From Pelomyxa schiedti (lineage: Eukaryota; Protista; Evosea), in the NCBI GenBank assembly GCA_020536535.1, contig JAHLWZ010000815.1:1-64000 (forward strand): 64,000 nt of DNA, given 5' to 3'. Of this stretch, positions 24,401 through 37,510 are shown piece by piece. The notes below the pieces were generated by a model that was given only the letters and a program-made list of their open reading frames with translations, ran no database searches and was not told the origin of the DNA. The position numbers were made by a program, and so were the translations under genes. The first letter of the stretch is position 1, and every line of letters starts with the position of its first letter.

Positions 24401-25399
24401 AACAAATACGTATTGTCGGCCGAAGGCTGTAATTTTTTTGTGTTAAAATTAATATTTATTCTTGTGTTTTGCGTTCCGTCTGGTACTCGGGCATATTTTT
24501 TCTCATGTAAGGCATAAATGTTGTATATATATACCAAACAAGAAGAGCTCCGAGCACAAGACCAAACCCACAATTGTCAAATTGAGAGCGAAATCTTCTC
24601 ACAAAACCAATCACCGGAGAACATTTTTGGCGACTTGGGACATGTTGGGTTCCCCAAGAGGGAACGGCGAGAAAAATGATGATATAATCGTGGCTCCTTC
24701 GACTTCGAATCCTGGTGGTGAACTGGAAGTCATTAATCATCCCTAGCTGTGGGCTAGAAAGACCTACAATACTGTGGTTTCAGTCCAGTTCTGTTTCCTA
24801 ACATTTGCTCCCAATAACTCTCAGTTCCCCACAAGGATTTTCAGTTGAAAGGTCCACGGTTATCTCTCTTCATATGAGATTATCAAATATTTTTTATTGA
24901 GTGTTGGGCATTCAAGCTTGACATCCTTCTTCATTTCACTGTGCATGCATTTCACATCATGGAGTTCTTCTTCAACTGAAGTCTGGTCGGTTGATTTGAG
25001 GTCTTGTGATTTCCTTTTTTGAAATGTTAGTAATAAATCAAAGAAGGAACAAGAAAAACTCCAAAGCAGACAAGGCTCACAGCCAATGAGGTTGGGGAGT
25101 TGTTGGGGTTGTTCCTTCTTTCCTTTTCCTTTGCCAGTCTTAAGTTCACCTGTGCTGAGTGCTTATAATTTATCCCTTCTCCCTGTTGAGCTTGCTACTG
25201 AGGTTGAGCCACTGCCATGGCTCTAGATCAATTGAAATTTTTTCCATACCCCAAACAGAAAAGCACTCAGCGATTGTGTCGAGCTCAGCTTGTGCCCAGC
25301 AGCCTGTTTTTCTTGCTGTTGGACTTGTAGTGGTCTACATGCGGTGTACAGTGGCTTGCAGTGGTAACAGTCAGAGTTTTTTGGTTATTTTGGTTGGAC

Positions 25400-26000
25400 T
25401 GAATGATCGAAGGGAAAAAAAAATCAAAAAGCAACTGACAGAACTGGTGTGTCTTTTTTTTTCAATCAACACTTGGTTTTTTTCATTGATGATAGGGAAA
25501 TTTTGGATTGTCACCCACTGTTGTGAGTGATCTGCACTTCCTTCCAGGTGGAAGTCAGTGTGTAATCCTTTTAGTTGTTTAACCTCCAACTTCTCTTCCT
25601 TCCCTTCGGAGTTCGATTCCCACCCCACTAACGTTTTTTCTAGGACTTTCCAACAGCCAGATTGTGTGGGCACCAAGGAGGGGGCTACTCAGGTGTTTCA
25701 ACAACGTAGTGTGCCTCACCCACTTACAGCTGGACAATTTGTTGGACCCAAATGAGGTGGGCTTGGCTGCTAAAGGGTTGGTTCTGGAATTTTTCCATCC
25801 TCATAGGTACCAGGGGATTCCCTTCCTTGTGGTTCCCGACAAAGGGAAACACCTCAGTGACAATGAGAGGACCTTCAACGAGGCTCACTCAGCTGTTTGG
25901 ATAGTTGTGGAGCATACAGAGTCTGCAGAGTGTCCATAGAGCTAAAGCTCGTGTACTTGCTAAAGTACACACTATGTACATGGTGCAGAACTGTTTCTAA
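25400..26000 (+). mobile_element. Degenerate PIF/Harbinger transposase relic
   Basis: GLSNSQIVWAP...LLDPNEVGLAAKG, then a 30-nt intron (25777-25806), then YQGIPFLVVP.KGKHLSDNERTFNEAHSAVWIVVEHT. This matches ADKGYQG...FN..HS..RxxVE with the catalytic D changed to A and R changed to W. Confidence 0.75.
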
Positions 26001-26467
26001 AACCCAGGGTCCAACAAGGGAGTTGACAATAATATAGCATGTAGTGCACTCTGAGCACCACACAGCCAATGTGTGATCACACAAAATGAAAGAAGTTGCT
26101 TACATGCATCAAGAAGGACTGAGTTGGTGTTGCCTGCAAAGAATTACATCACTTTGGTCTGAAAATTGGTCCACCATGCATCCAAATGTATTGGTGAAAA
26201 CACTGAAGTCATTTCTTGTTGGGTTCAAAGTATATGTGCCAAATATTTTGAATCAAAGTAGTGGGACTTAATAAAACTGGTTGTGTTTATAAAAGAGCAG
26301 GGAACTTGAGTTGCCACATGTCAAACCATTAGAATGACACCTCAAATGCCCACCATGCTTCTGCGGCAAAAAAATCGTGCATCTTCAAAAAACAGAGAAT
26401 CAAACACTGAAAAAAAAGAAAGAATCGTGAACGCACAGAAGTTACGTTTTATCGTGTTTTCACGGCG

Positions 26468-29400
26468 ATGGCGTGGGGACTGTATTGGTGTTTGGCAGTG
26501 TTGACGTCCTGTTTGTTGGCGTCATCCAGGAGCGAGGATGTTTTGGAGGTATTCATTGTTCCACACTCGCACGAAGATCCTGGCTGGTTACACACCATGG
26601 ACGAGTACTACACAGGCAGTTCCCTTGTCTTTCACCTTCACCTCCCTGATGGTCATCAGACAAGGTGCAATACATATTGACCAATATGGTGGCCGATTTG
26701 ACTGAACACCCCGATCACAAGTTCACCTACGTAGAGGTTGAAATTTACCCCTTAGAGTTTAAACTTAACCCTGATGCTGCTCTGCAGATTTCCTTCTTCT
26801 CTAAGTGGTGGGACGAGCAAACCGAAGATACGAAGGCCATGTTGATGAAGCTGGTTGAAAACGGGCAGTGGGAATTCGGTACCTCGGGAAATAAAACCTT
26901 GCACGTTGTTCTAACGTTATGTACAGCCAATGGAGGCTGGGTGATGAATGATGAGGTTCGTTTGTTAAACACCACCCAAATTTACGTGTAAACAGGCCAC
27001 AACCACGGCACGAGATATTGTAAACCAGATGCAGTTGGGCCATAAGTGGTTAAAGGATAATATTGGCGTTCTGCCAAAGATTGCTTGGCGTATGTGAAAA
27101 TCCTTTTTTTTTTCTCTTCTGACTCCTGTCAGATATTGACCCTTTTGGCCACTCTAACATGTCTCCTTGGATTTTTGATGAAATGTGCTTTGACGCCTTT
27201 GTGATTGACCGAATTCCTTATCAAGAAAAATCCCACTTTGAACTGACCCAGCACATGGAATTCATATGGGAAGGTAGTGGATCGGGAAGTGAAAGTAACG
27301 CACTGAAATGTTAACAGGTTCAAAGAGTTTTGGGTCACAGTCACAAATGTTTATATGGACCTGCCCGATCGATCTCTATGATACGGCCCCATTTAACGAT
27401 TATTGGAACTTTGTGAATGAAACCAATGTAGCTCATTTCTCAAGTAAGTTCTTGCGAAATTTGAGCTGGTTTGATGACTCACAATTAACCCCAAAACAGA
27501 CCGGTTGACTGAAATAATTGATGTCCGTGCAAAGCAGTACACACACAGACACCAAATTTTCTTAATGGGTGGAGACTTTGAGTTCACAGATCCGGCTCCT
27601 CGGTTTGAGCCGTTTGATTTAATGATTTCATATATTAACGAAAACGTTGGTGAGTTCATAAAACTCATGAAGCTCTTATAACACTTACATAGCCACATAT
27701 AATATGCATCTTCAATATGCTACTGCCAGTGAATACTTCACTCATATTAGCAAGGAAAATATCGCATTTCCTATTTTCGGTGCTGATGACTTCTTCCCGT
27801 ATGCTCTGTTCCTGAGAATAGAACTCAAACAGTAACTATCGGCAAGGTATGACTTCCTTCGGCTCCCTCCTGAGAGAGGATGGTGGAGTGGGTACTTTAC
27901 TTCATGGCCGCTTTACAAAGCGCAGTTCTGGAACGCCAGCTCTTCTTTGTATGCAGGAATTTAGTTATTCCTCCAGCTCACATTATGCAGATACAGAGCT
28001 GAAGTTACTGTATGTCTACCTACTTTTTTGCGTACTCACAATCTTTGCTCTTGCGCTCTCCTTTGTAGGCAGCTTTTCAGAACGGTGATGCTTCTCACAA
28101 CCAGAACTTAAGACAAGAGCAGGCCCTAGTTCAACATCATGATGCCATCACCGGAACTTCCAAACCTTGGGTTATGGAGGATTGGTCTACTAGATTAATG
28201 AATGCGGAAAATGAAGCTATGTCCTACTTTGCTTCTAATATGGAGAAAGCAATCAAGGTGAGTGTTTGGCACCTTTTTTGGTCTAAGGAATTTCCACTCT
28301 AAACAGATAGGCTCTATGGATGCTACACTTTCTCTTGAGAATGAGGATGACATTGCCATATTACTTTCGAAAGGGGCAGTAGTACCCATTATTGTGTCTA
28401 ATTCACTGGACTTTGAACTGGTTGATGTCGTAGTATCCGTCACGGTGCCTACCGGAATGAAAATTGGTGTAATTGATGCAACTACAATGACCACCATCCC
28501 ATCTTCCATTGATTCGTCAACATCGACACTGTATTGGAATGTAAACGTTGCTGCCATTGGTGTATCAACATATTTCTTGCAAACAATTACAACTGCCTCA
28601 GCCCATGAGTCCCCTTATCCCCTAAAACGGGGGGTTGGCGAGTACTATCTGGAAAACAGTGTTTATAGACTTACATTTTCCTCTCAAACCAACCGTTTGA
28701 AGTCAATAACTGTTCTTTCTACGGGCCTTACAACAGGTAATCTCAATTTAGTGCCCATTTTGCACTGAACCCGCTTTACAGAAGCCTCAACTAATATGCT
28801 TTGGTATGATGGAAGACTCTCTGGGGCATACAAATTCCATCCCGAGCCGGACACCACCCTACCAGTAACTACCATTCCTCAGCTGGTCTCACAGTACCAA
28901 AATGAACATGTAAGTCAGCTTACTTTGATGTACTCAGAAGTAATATTCGAAACCTGGAGGCTGTATGTTAACCTTTTCCCCCTGAAGGCATAATAGTTAA
29001 CAAACAAAAGATATCTCAGCAATAGTTCACTTGCATCAGCAATTGAAGTTGAACATGTTATAGGGCCAAACATGACAGGTTGCCATGAAAATAACCACAA
29101 AACTCTGATACTTTCTAAGGAAATATGGAACTCGTATTCCACTTGTCTTCGGATTTGGCCAGCAATGGAACACTCACCACTGTCAATAATGAGTTAGAGT
29201 CAATCACTCGTCAATACAACTCTTCCCTGACTGCACCAGAAAATTACTTCCCGATGAGTGGTAAACTTGGAACGCTCCTACTTTGTTTCAACTCTGGCTA
29301 AGGTCCATCCTGGATTTCCGATAGCACCCGTTCCATTTGCATGTTCTCTGATCGGGCACACGGTGTGGCCACATTCGGGGTGTGATCTTAACTCCTTTGC

Positions 29401-30242
29401 ACCTTTATTTATGCAAAATACACTAGTCAGGCACAATTGAAGTAATGGTTGCCCGTCGTACATTGCAAGATGATTTATGTGGACTTGGTTCCCTCCCGTT
29501 TTCCTCAAAAAACAATTTACCAACACACAGGTATGCCTCTGGAAGACACGTCTAAGTTTGCCACAAAGACATGGATATATTTCGACTCCCCACAGAATAC
29601 AGAACGACTCAGACACAGGTTCTTTGATGATTTAATTCAGTTTTTCTAACTGGTCACAGGGGAACTCTTTTATGGAGAGATAAGCCACAACTATTCGTGG
29701 GTGTATCCCCTGTGGTCTATAGCCCAGCTTCTTGGACTTCCAATTTTATGGTTATTTATTTTTTCAAAGTACTTAATAATTAACTTCTCTTAGACTTCGT
29801 TCACAATGCTTTGCGGTGCAATGCCTGAAAACATTCACATTTTCAGTATTCAAAAAATAGATAATACTGGTGGAGTGCTCCGCCTTCAGCACATGTTTGA
29901 ACCAGATGCCGATCCCGTGTATTCACAAGTAGTTTCTTTGCCATTCATTCTCTCAGTTGTTTAACCCGGTTTTTAGCCAGTTACTATTGCATTGGGGGAT
30001 ATATTCAAGTGCTCCGAAATACAACCTACAGCATTCCAGGGTTTGGCAGTATTTTTGGCTCCTTTTATTTAACTTCATTATCAGAGATCACACTCGACGG
30101 TGTTCTTACAACTGAGGAGTGTGACGCCAGGCATTTGCAGTGGACAACTTCGGTACACAACCACCAAAAGCACCATTTATACGCCGACTACACAGTGACA
30201 CTCCAACCTGCCGAGCTGAGAACATTCTGGTATTTCCTTTAA
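26468..30242 (+). CDS. Secreted/lysosomal alpha-mannosidase, glycoside hydrolase family 38, multi-exon
   Basis: Signal peptide, [28 protein letters not shown] (nucleophile), [31 protein letters not shown] and LQPAELRTF. Confidence 0.96.
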
Positions 30243-30327
30243 TGCCTCACCAAACTTCTTTGTATCACAAGACAAAAACAAAAACAAAAACAAAAACTTT
30301 TTTTTTACTTGTCCACCTCCATCCATT

Positions 30328-33300
30328 CTACACACTGTTGCCCAGAACACTAGTCAAAGAAGCACGAGCCCACACAGCGCTCCCATTGTGCTGAATAAAC
30401 ACAGTCTTTGTCTCCGCATCATACCAGCCATGAGCCGAACTGCCATTCGGCCTCTCCATGCCCTCCACCGAGACCCAGATTTTGGTCCCGGTGTTATACA
30501 CCTGCCAGGCGTCGTCCTTCGACGTGAACAGCAGGAAGCTGCTGTTTCCCAGAGGCACCACGAAGGCCTCGTGGTTGGACGTGAGGTCGTAGGCCCTGGG
30601 CCGCCTCGAGTGCTCCGTCTTCACGGGAACCACGTCGGTCAGCGGCAAGTCGCTGGACAGAAGAGTGCCGTACTCTATAAGTGCCCACAGAACATGCGGA
30701 GTCCGGCTATCCACAAGCAGCCTCACCTTCTCCCCAAAGGCCAGTGGTGTCTTTGTCCACAGGTTGGCCTGCAGGCAAGTTAGTTAATGCGTGGCTAGAA
30801 TTGTAGTTTGTTGCATTTTTCAATACGTTGGTGAGTGAGATTTTTTCTGGGGTCTGGGTATTGAGTGTTATGGAGGCATACAGACCTGAGGGGAGTATCT
30901 CCACACAGTGTGGCCTGTTTCTCCAATGGCAAATACAAAGCCGGCAGTGAACACTGGGCTGCAGTACTCGGCGAACTTCTCGCAGTGCAGAGTGGAAAGC
31001 TCAGTGAACACCAAGGTCTCCACATGGATGTACCCGAACCTGTTCCTCACGCCCGACTCGCTCTCAAAGACATACAGCCGGCAGTCACCGTCGAACACAG
31101 GGTAGGCTCCGTGAGTGCTGAACGGTATTTTGTTGGGATGCTTCACAGCGGCGCCGCTTCCGTTTCTGTCCACCTTGGTCACGTGCAGGTCGCGCCCGTC
31201 GTTGTCATTTCCATACAGGGCGAACAGAATTCTGCGGTTCGGATCCCAGGCCGCGCCGCCGTCGTGAGGGTCAGTGAAGGCAACAGTGATTCCGCTCTGG
31301 CTGGTGGCGAGTTTGTGAATATTGGCTGTGATGCCCTTGACCTCTTCGTCGCGGCGCCGGCGGTCTTCTTCATTTCGCTTCTTCCTGTCTTCCTCTTCTC
31401 GCTTTATGCGCTCCTCGTCTTCTTTTCGCCGGCGCTCCTCTTCCTCTTTGTTCCTCCTTTGCTCTTCTTCTCTTCTCTTGCGTTCTTCGGCTTCTCGTTG
31501 CCTTCTCTCTTCTGCTTCTTTCCTCCTAGTTTCCTCTCGTTTTTTCTGAAGTGCGAGGGATGTCTCAACGGAGCACAACGAGGCCAGCTGGTTGGCAACT
31601 GTTTCAGTTGAGGGCATGCTTATTACTGTTTCCTCGATATATGGCTCAGTGGCACAAAGTAGGGGCTCCAGGGATTTTGACAAATGTTCTAGGTATCCCC
31701 AGAGTGAGAGGCACATAGAATCCGAGTGAGTGCTTAATAATGCGGAAAATGTGTCTGTCACTCGGTCTAATTCTCTCTTCAAAGTGTCGCAGCTTTCAAT
31801 TTGCTTGGATAGCTTTTGTTCTATACGAAGGTTAATCGGACTCTAAACGACTTCAAAGAACTTTACCACGTGGCTTGATGGCATTGTTGATAGTTGAAAC
31901 TCGGTCGTTTTCCACAGCATCAACAATGTGATGTACTTGGCTGAAGAAATATTTTACTTGTGCTACCAAGTTTTCCCTCTCCTTTTTAAGGATTATTTGT
32001 AACTATTGTTTGTGAGGGAAAAAAGGAGCAACTGTACTTGCTTTGTTTCAGCAAGAGTCTTATTGAGGGAGGCTGACATTTGGCCAATATTTCCCGATTT
32101 GTTTACAATTGCTGTACAGTGTGATGAAAGTACTTGTTTTGCAGAATCAGCCGCTGGGTGTATTGCACGGCAGTCATGGCCCTTATGTGACCCTATGAGG
32201 CAGTGTGCACACACTAAAACTTTATCTGTGGTGCAAAACAGGTCCGTTTCCTTGTTGTGCTCTGTACATTTCGGTCTGTAAGTACATCCCTGAGGAATAC
32301 TAGCAGAACCGGGAGGAGGGTAAAGTGTGAGAGATGGAGGTGCTGAACGAGCCAAATCCTGAGAAGAATGACTGGCGTGGAGCTCGTTACCACTGCAACT
32401 GACCGGAGCTGTCCTCTCTGGAGAACAGCTTCCGCTATCGCCGTCATTTCTTCCACTCCTACTATCTGCACTGGAACCACCGGAAACAACCGAAAGCCTC
32501 CTGCGCGTGTGTGCCCTGAATGGACCAGCACCGTGCACAAACCCGTCGTGCTCGGCGCACAAGGTGCTGCAGGAATCACACATGACACTAGCCTCCTTAG
32601 GGCAGAATATGCACACCTTGGGAGTATTCGCCAGCCTCTGAAGCTCCTCGATCCGCGCCCTGGCCTCTTCGGCCGCCCTGAACGGCGGCACCGTCGTTCT
32701 CCTGCAAATCGGGCACACCATGGGCGGCCCGTCATTGTTCACGCCAATGACGGCCTGGATGCTGCTGCCGTCGCTGCGAGCCCCGCTGCCCCTGGCGGGG
32801 TCATCCTCCGGCGTGCAGTATACATTCAGCAGCGAAGCGAGGGTGGTAGGGACGCAGTCGAAGGGGGCAGTCCCCGCCCTAGGGGTGTAGGGCAGAGGAG
32901 GCAGCGGCGCCGGCATCGGCGGCACGTCCTCCACCTCTTCGCGCCCCGTAACGCTCTCACTCGCACTCGCGGACCCAGTCCCGCTCCCGCTCGCGGCCCC
33001 GCCGTCGCTCGACGAGGCGGCGCTGGTGATGGGCCCGGCGGAGGCGGCGGAGGAGGAGCAGGGGGGCATGGGGATGGGGACGTACTGGTTCATGAGGAGG
33101 AAGTGCAGGGAGGAGGCGACGCGGTGGGACGACTGGGCGCAACGCAGGCAGCACAGGTGCCCGCAGGCCAGCGAGACCGCCTCGCGGGCCGGGGAGCTCA
33201 GGCACACGCAGCAGCGGTACTCGTCCTCCTCCTCCCCGTGCTCCCCCTCCTGTTGCCCCTGTCCCCGCACCCCTTCCTTGCCCCCTGGCCCCTTGGTGTT

Positions 33301-33411
33301 GGCGTTGCTTATGATGGCGGTGTTGGCGTGGCTTGTCTCGGTTATGGGTGTGGCTGAGGGAGTTGTTGACGTGGAAATCAGCGAGGGGGCGACGACGGGA
33401 GGCGTCGACAT
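30328..33411 (-). CDS. TRIM/RBCC-like protein: RING, B-box1, B-box2, coiled coil and probable beta-propeller C-terminus
   Basis: RING: CCVC...CGHLCCLRC...CPIC. B-box1: CIFC...CDSC..LCAEHD..VH. B-box2: CTEH...FCTTD..LVCAHC...HKGH. Then an E/R/K-rich coil and a beta-rich tail (HDGGAAWDP...YPVFDG). Confidence 0.88.
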
Positions 33412-33600
33412 TATTTTATTTTATCGCGACTTCTCGGGGGGTGCTCAGCGCTGAGGCTTAATTTGTTTTGCTTTTTTCTTTTTGTGTTGGTGTGTGTTTC
33501 CGGTGCTTTTTTTTTCTTTGAAAACCGGTTTCGTGTGTCTCTCCGCTGAAGCCATTTTGGTGGTTTTTTGATTTGGACGATGTGTGTTTTGTTTGTTTTT

Positions 33601-35500
33601 TCAGATGTCATCACTATTGATTGGGCTTGTGTGTGATGATGTGGTGTGGTTGTTTGTTGGTGTTGGTGCCGTTTCGGCTGAGGCAGGTGGTGTGCTTTCG
33701 TCCATTTGAACCCATAAGTTGTCCATGGAACCACAGCACTTCAGGCAGGTGCAGAGTTTCCAACAAGGCCTGGTTGAAGAGGCCAGCTTCCTGATGCAGG
33801 TCTTGATTCCGCCGTGTGATTTGATTTGATACACAGACTCCTCGGCACCTATTGCTATGAACTGGGCGCAGGCACAGAACCAGTACGGGACCCTGAGTTC
33901 ATCTAACATGGAAGATAGCAGTCCGGTAATCAGAGGGAACACTGCGGCACTGCTGCCTATAATTGCTTCGTGTACTCCCAGGAACTGTGAAATGACTTAC
34001 TACAAGTGTTTGGTTTTTCAGCAGTTACCTTGCCCTTTTCGTCTCTTTTGGCGGTAATTGAGTATGCAAGGCTTGTCTGGTATGCTATACCAGCAGATGC
34101 ACCAAGAACTACAGCAATACAGAGTAAAACTGGCGCCAGATACACAAGAGATATTATCAGACACGAAGAAATAATTGCAAGTTGAGTGCAGTACATCAGT
34201 AAACGCTTGTGTTTCCACCGCTGTGTAAAAGAGAAAACGAGGAACACAGCACTTTGGGCAATGTATACGCAGAACAAAAACGTGCCAAGGAAAGCCTCCT
34301 TTGGGTCAGCATCTGGGATTATGTGAAGCTCAATCGACTCTGCCTGAATCAGTTTGCTAATTTTGTATCAGCAGGGGAATACAGTCGCTAAAACACACAA
34401 GTATTGGTTGGCAACAGTTGCAGTCGTCCCTAGTGTAACAAAGTTCATCACCCAAGACATTGGAAGGAATCTTGCGTTTTTTTCCGCTTCTTCTTGTTGA
34501 ACTTTGGTGTCTTCAGCAGTGGGAGCACCGGTTCCCGCGGTATCTTCACTTCTCTTGCGGTAGCGGAGTTGGTGAATACAACAATGTTCATCCTTGATAG
34601 GCATCAAAAGGAGAATCAGAGTATCCACGCCTGCGATAGACACGTAACTCCACAGGATGCCAAGCAATCCCTTGAGAAATCCTTAAATTTCGTTTTGCTT
34701 GATATTATACAGCGGAGCAAGCATACCACCACTTACAAGTCTATAGATTAAAGGTTAAGTAGGTAATTATACTTAGTATTTGGGTTTGGCACACCCAATG
34801 CTTTTTCCAACAGACCAACATATGCTGAACATAGCTATTCGCTTAGAAACTGGTTTTCCTAGCCTCTGGGCATCCAGTCCAACTGCAGCCTGCAAGTGAC
34901 ATAAATATGAAGAAGTACAAGAGAAGGAGCAGTGACGCCACCGACTTGTATGGGCGACCAAAATATTGCATCCCCCAAACCACCTATCACAACGGAGGCA
35001 TATATAATCCAGAACAACTCGAATTTGTCTGCCAGGATCATTCCGCAGCAGGCAGTGTAAAACGTTATCACACTAAACCTACATAGAATCTTGTTTTTCC
35101 CCTGGTAAGCACAGGAGTAGAGCAATAACGTGGCATACTGATGCAGGTGCCCTATCCACCAAAAATAAACCGCATGCAAATGCAAATACCTAAAATGCAT
35201 GCATTACTCCCAAAACTACAAATCGGCGAAACAGAGTCATACCGTATAGGTTCCAGCATAGATTGCTTGAATAAATCCTAGGTCTTTTGGTTCAGCCCCC
35301 AAATCAACAGCAACCAGGGGCAAAAAAACTCTACCATACTTAAGAATTACACGCAGAAGGGGAAAAAACCCTAAGAAGTGGAAAAAACCCGAAGAAGTAA
35401 GCAGATAGATTATACAATCCACCGCATGCAGTTAGAAGAATAAACATAACGTAACACTACTCTAAAGCAATGGTATCTTGTTGGAAGTTACTGCACTGCA
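33601..35500 (-). CDS. Major facilitator superfamily transporter, multi-exon (start approximate)
   Basis: Many hydrophobic segments, including FLPLVAVDLGAEPKDLGFIQAIYA, GLGDAIFWSPIQ, FSICWSVGKSIG and LFPLITGLLS. Confidence 0.8.
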
Positions 35501-36816
35501 TCAAACCTCGTGTGTCCTACCATCACCCAAAGAAAAGTTCAAATGGAAAGAAACCAAATCAAATGGCAGAATAAAAAAAACACCAGACCGCCGATCCTGA
35601 GCCACGATAACGAAATGACAGCGTTCCGGTCTGTTGATTATTTTATTCAGCCAAATGGCACGAGGAGACATTCAAGCATGACACAATGGTCTTGAAATCA
35701 AATTCCGATAAAATTGCCACAAAGTCATAATTCCCTATCCCCTTGTAACTGGTCCTCGTACGCAATGCGTTGTGTGGCTTCAATGAAAGTGTGCCCATTG
35801 TGTTGTACAAGTCATTGCCAACAATTCACCGGAGTGAGAAGCCGAATCACTTCCATTCCTGGGGAGAAAGAGGGTCTGGGAGGCTCATTGAAGTTCACAG
35901 AGGAAATCCAAAAAAGATGGACCTCCTGGAAACCAATCCTAGACCCTTTAAGCCTGTCTGGCTGGACCAAGTCCAAATTCTTGTCTGCAGCACTTCACAA
36001 AAACTGTGATTGTCCTCTTTTTTCCACAAAATCGAATTGTTTTGTCATATCAGTTAAATAGTGCCCATACTAATCTACTGTAAATGGCCCCGATTTGGGG
36101 GTCCAAGACTAACAAATGATGCACCTTCCAGTTTTGCAACCATTCAAATGGTCTTGGGAAGTTCCTGGCTTATCCCTTGTACTGGCCACTTTTGCCTCAA
36201 CTCCCTTTGCTTTTCAGCATCTTCCTCTCCAATACCCAGCTTGACACACCTATGAAGTGTTGGAAACTGCAGCATCACCACCAAAGTGGGGAAGATCAGC
36301 AATGATGGGGAAAATGGGCTTTTCATTTTTTGCACCAAAGGAGTTTGTGGTCCTATCTCTGACAAAGAGGGTGAAGAGGATGCAGACAGAGAAAACAGTG
36401 ATGGAGAAAAAATCCAGCACACACAGGGAACCTTTACTGTGCATTTCACTTGGTCCTCTCAGCCTCTATTTTGGACATGGCCAAACTATTGCATTGTATA
36501 TACATATGCTTGCTTGGATATCCAACTCAGTTTGGGGAAATGGAATGCCTCAAGCCAATTTCTTCATTGTTTTAGACAAAAATTCTGAAGTTATCACATT
36601 AGCAACCAAACTGCATCCAAAAGTTTGTTCTTAGTTGTGGTGCCACCCAAACCAGTTCACTCTCTGTGATCCTTGTCAAGCAGAAAAGAGATTTTAGGAA
36701 TGCAGTCTTTGATGTGTAACACAAATAGGAGGCACCCCATTGATCACTCTGCCTATTGATGAGGTGCAAGTAAAACTTAGTGGATTCAAAGGTATCACCA
36801 AGGAGGTCCTGCTTGC

Positions 36817-37063
36817 CAATATGTGTGGATTTGGGTTAACAATTGTAATTCTTCTTTTGTGCTAATTACTGTTAATAAACCAAGGTAAATGCCTCACATG
36901 TCATGTATGATGATCAACACTACCATCATCCTATTTTTGACCTGATCAATGTAGTGTTGATTGTAGTACATGACATTTGAGGCATTTACCTTGGTTTTGG
37001 TTAATTAACAGAAATGACCACAAAAGAAGAATTACAATTGTTAACCCAAATCCACACATATTG
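36817..37063. repeat. 247-bp near-perfect hairpin (foldback/MITE-like or hairpin-RNA template)
   Basis: CAATATGTGTGGATTTGGGTTAACAATTGTAATTCTTCTTTTGTG pairs perfectly with its reverse complement ending at 37063. Inner stems AACCAAGGTAAATGCCTCA and ATCAACACTAC also pair. Confidence 0.92.
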
Positions 37064-37229
37064 TATCAATTAACAGCCTTTGCCAGTTTTTAAGCACATT
37101 TTGTGGTATTTCCCTTTGGACTGAGTAGTCAGCATTGGGTGTGTCTGCCAACAATTCAACAATGCTTGACTACTACATCACATAACCCTCCTCTTGATCT
37201 GAATGCACCTCCAACACCACACTTCCTCT

Positions 37230-37382
37230 GACCTAAGCAGGTCAAGCACTCCTCAAAGTTAAAGGGCCCAAACTCTTTCTTTTTTTGGAGTAAGTTTTCT
37301 GTGGGACTAAATTGTGGGTACCGGAGCTGGCAATTTGGAATTCTTTTTCGGTTCTGTACAACGCCGAGTGCTGTAAAACGTG
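37230..37382 (-). repeat. Dispersed repeat of about 150 bp, copy 1
   Basis: Its reverse complement matches 61140-61290 (CAGCACTCGGCG...GAAAAAGAATTCCAAATTGCCAGCTCCG...TTTAGTCCCACAGAAAACTTAC...GGGCCC...ACTTTGAGGAGTGCTTG). Confidence 0.88.
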
Positions 37383-37510
37383 TTTTTATGTGGGACTAAA
37401 TTGTGAGTTCCCATTGTTTTTTTTCCGACCTAGGATTGTATGACATCTGCGATCTCTGCGCGAAAGCGAAAATAATAGAAGCTTTTGTTCAAGAACTTTC
37501 ATTCGGGGTT

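Noticed and set aside
26616-26659. Apparent GC-AG intron in the mannosidase gene
   Set aside because: A same-phase GT donor lies 3 nt downstream (26619), so a non-canonical site is not required.
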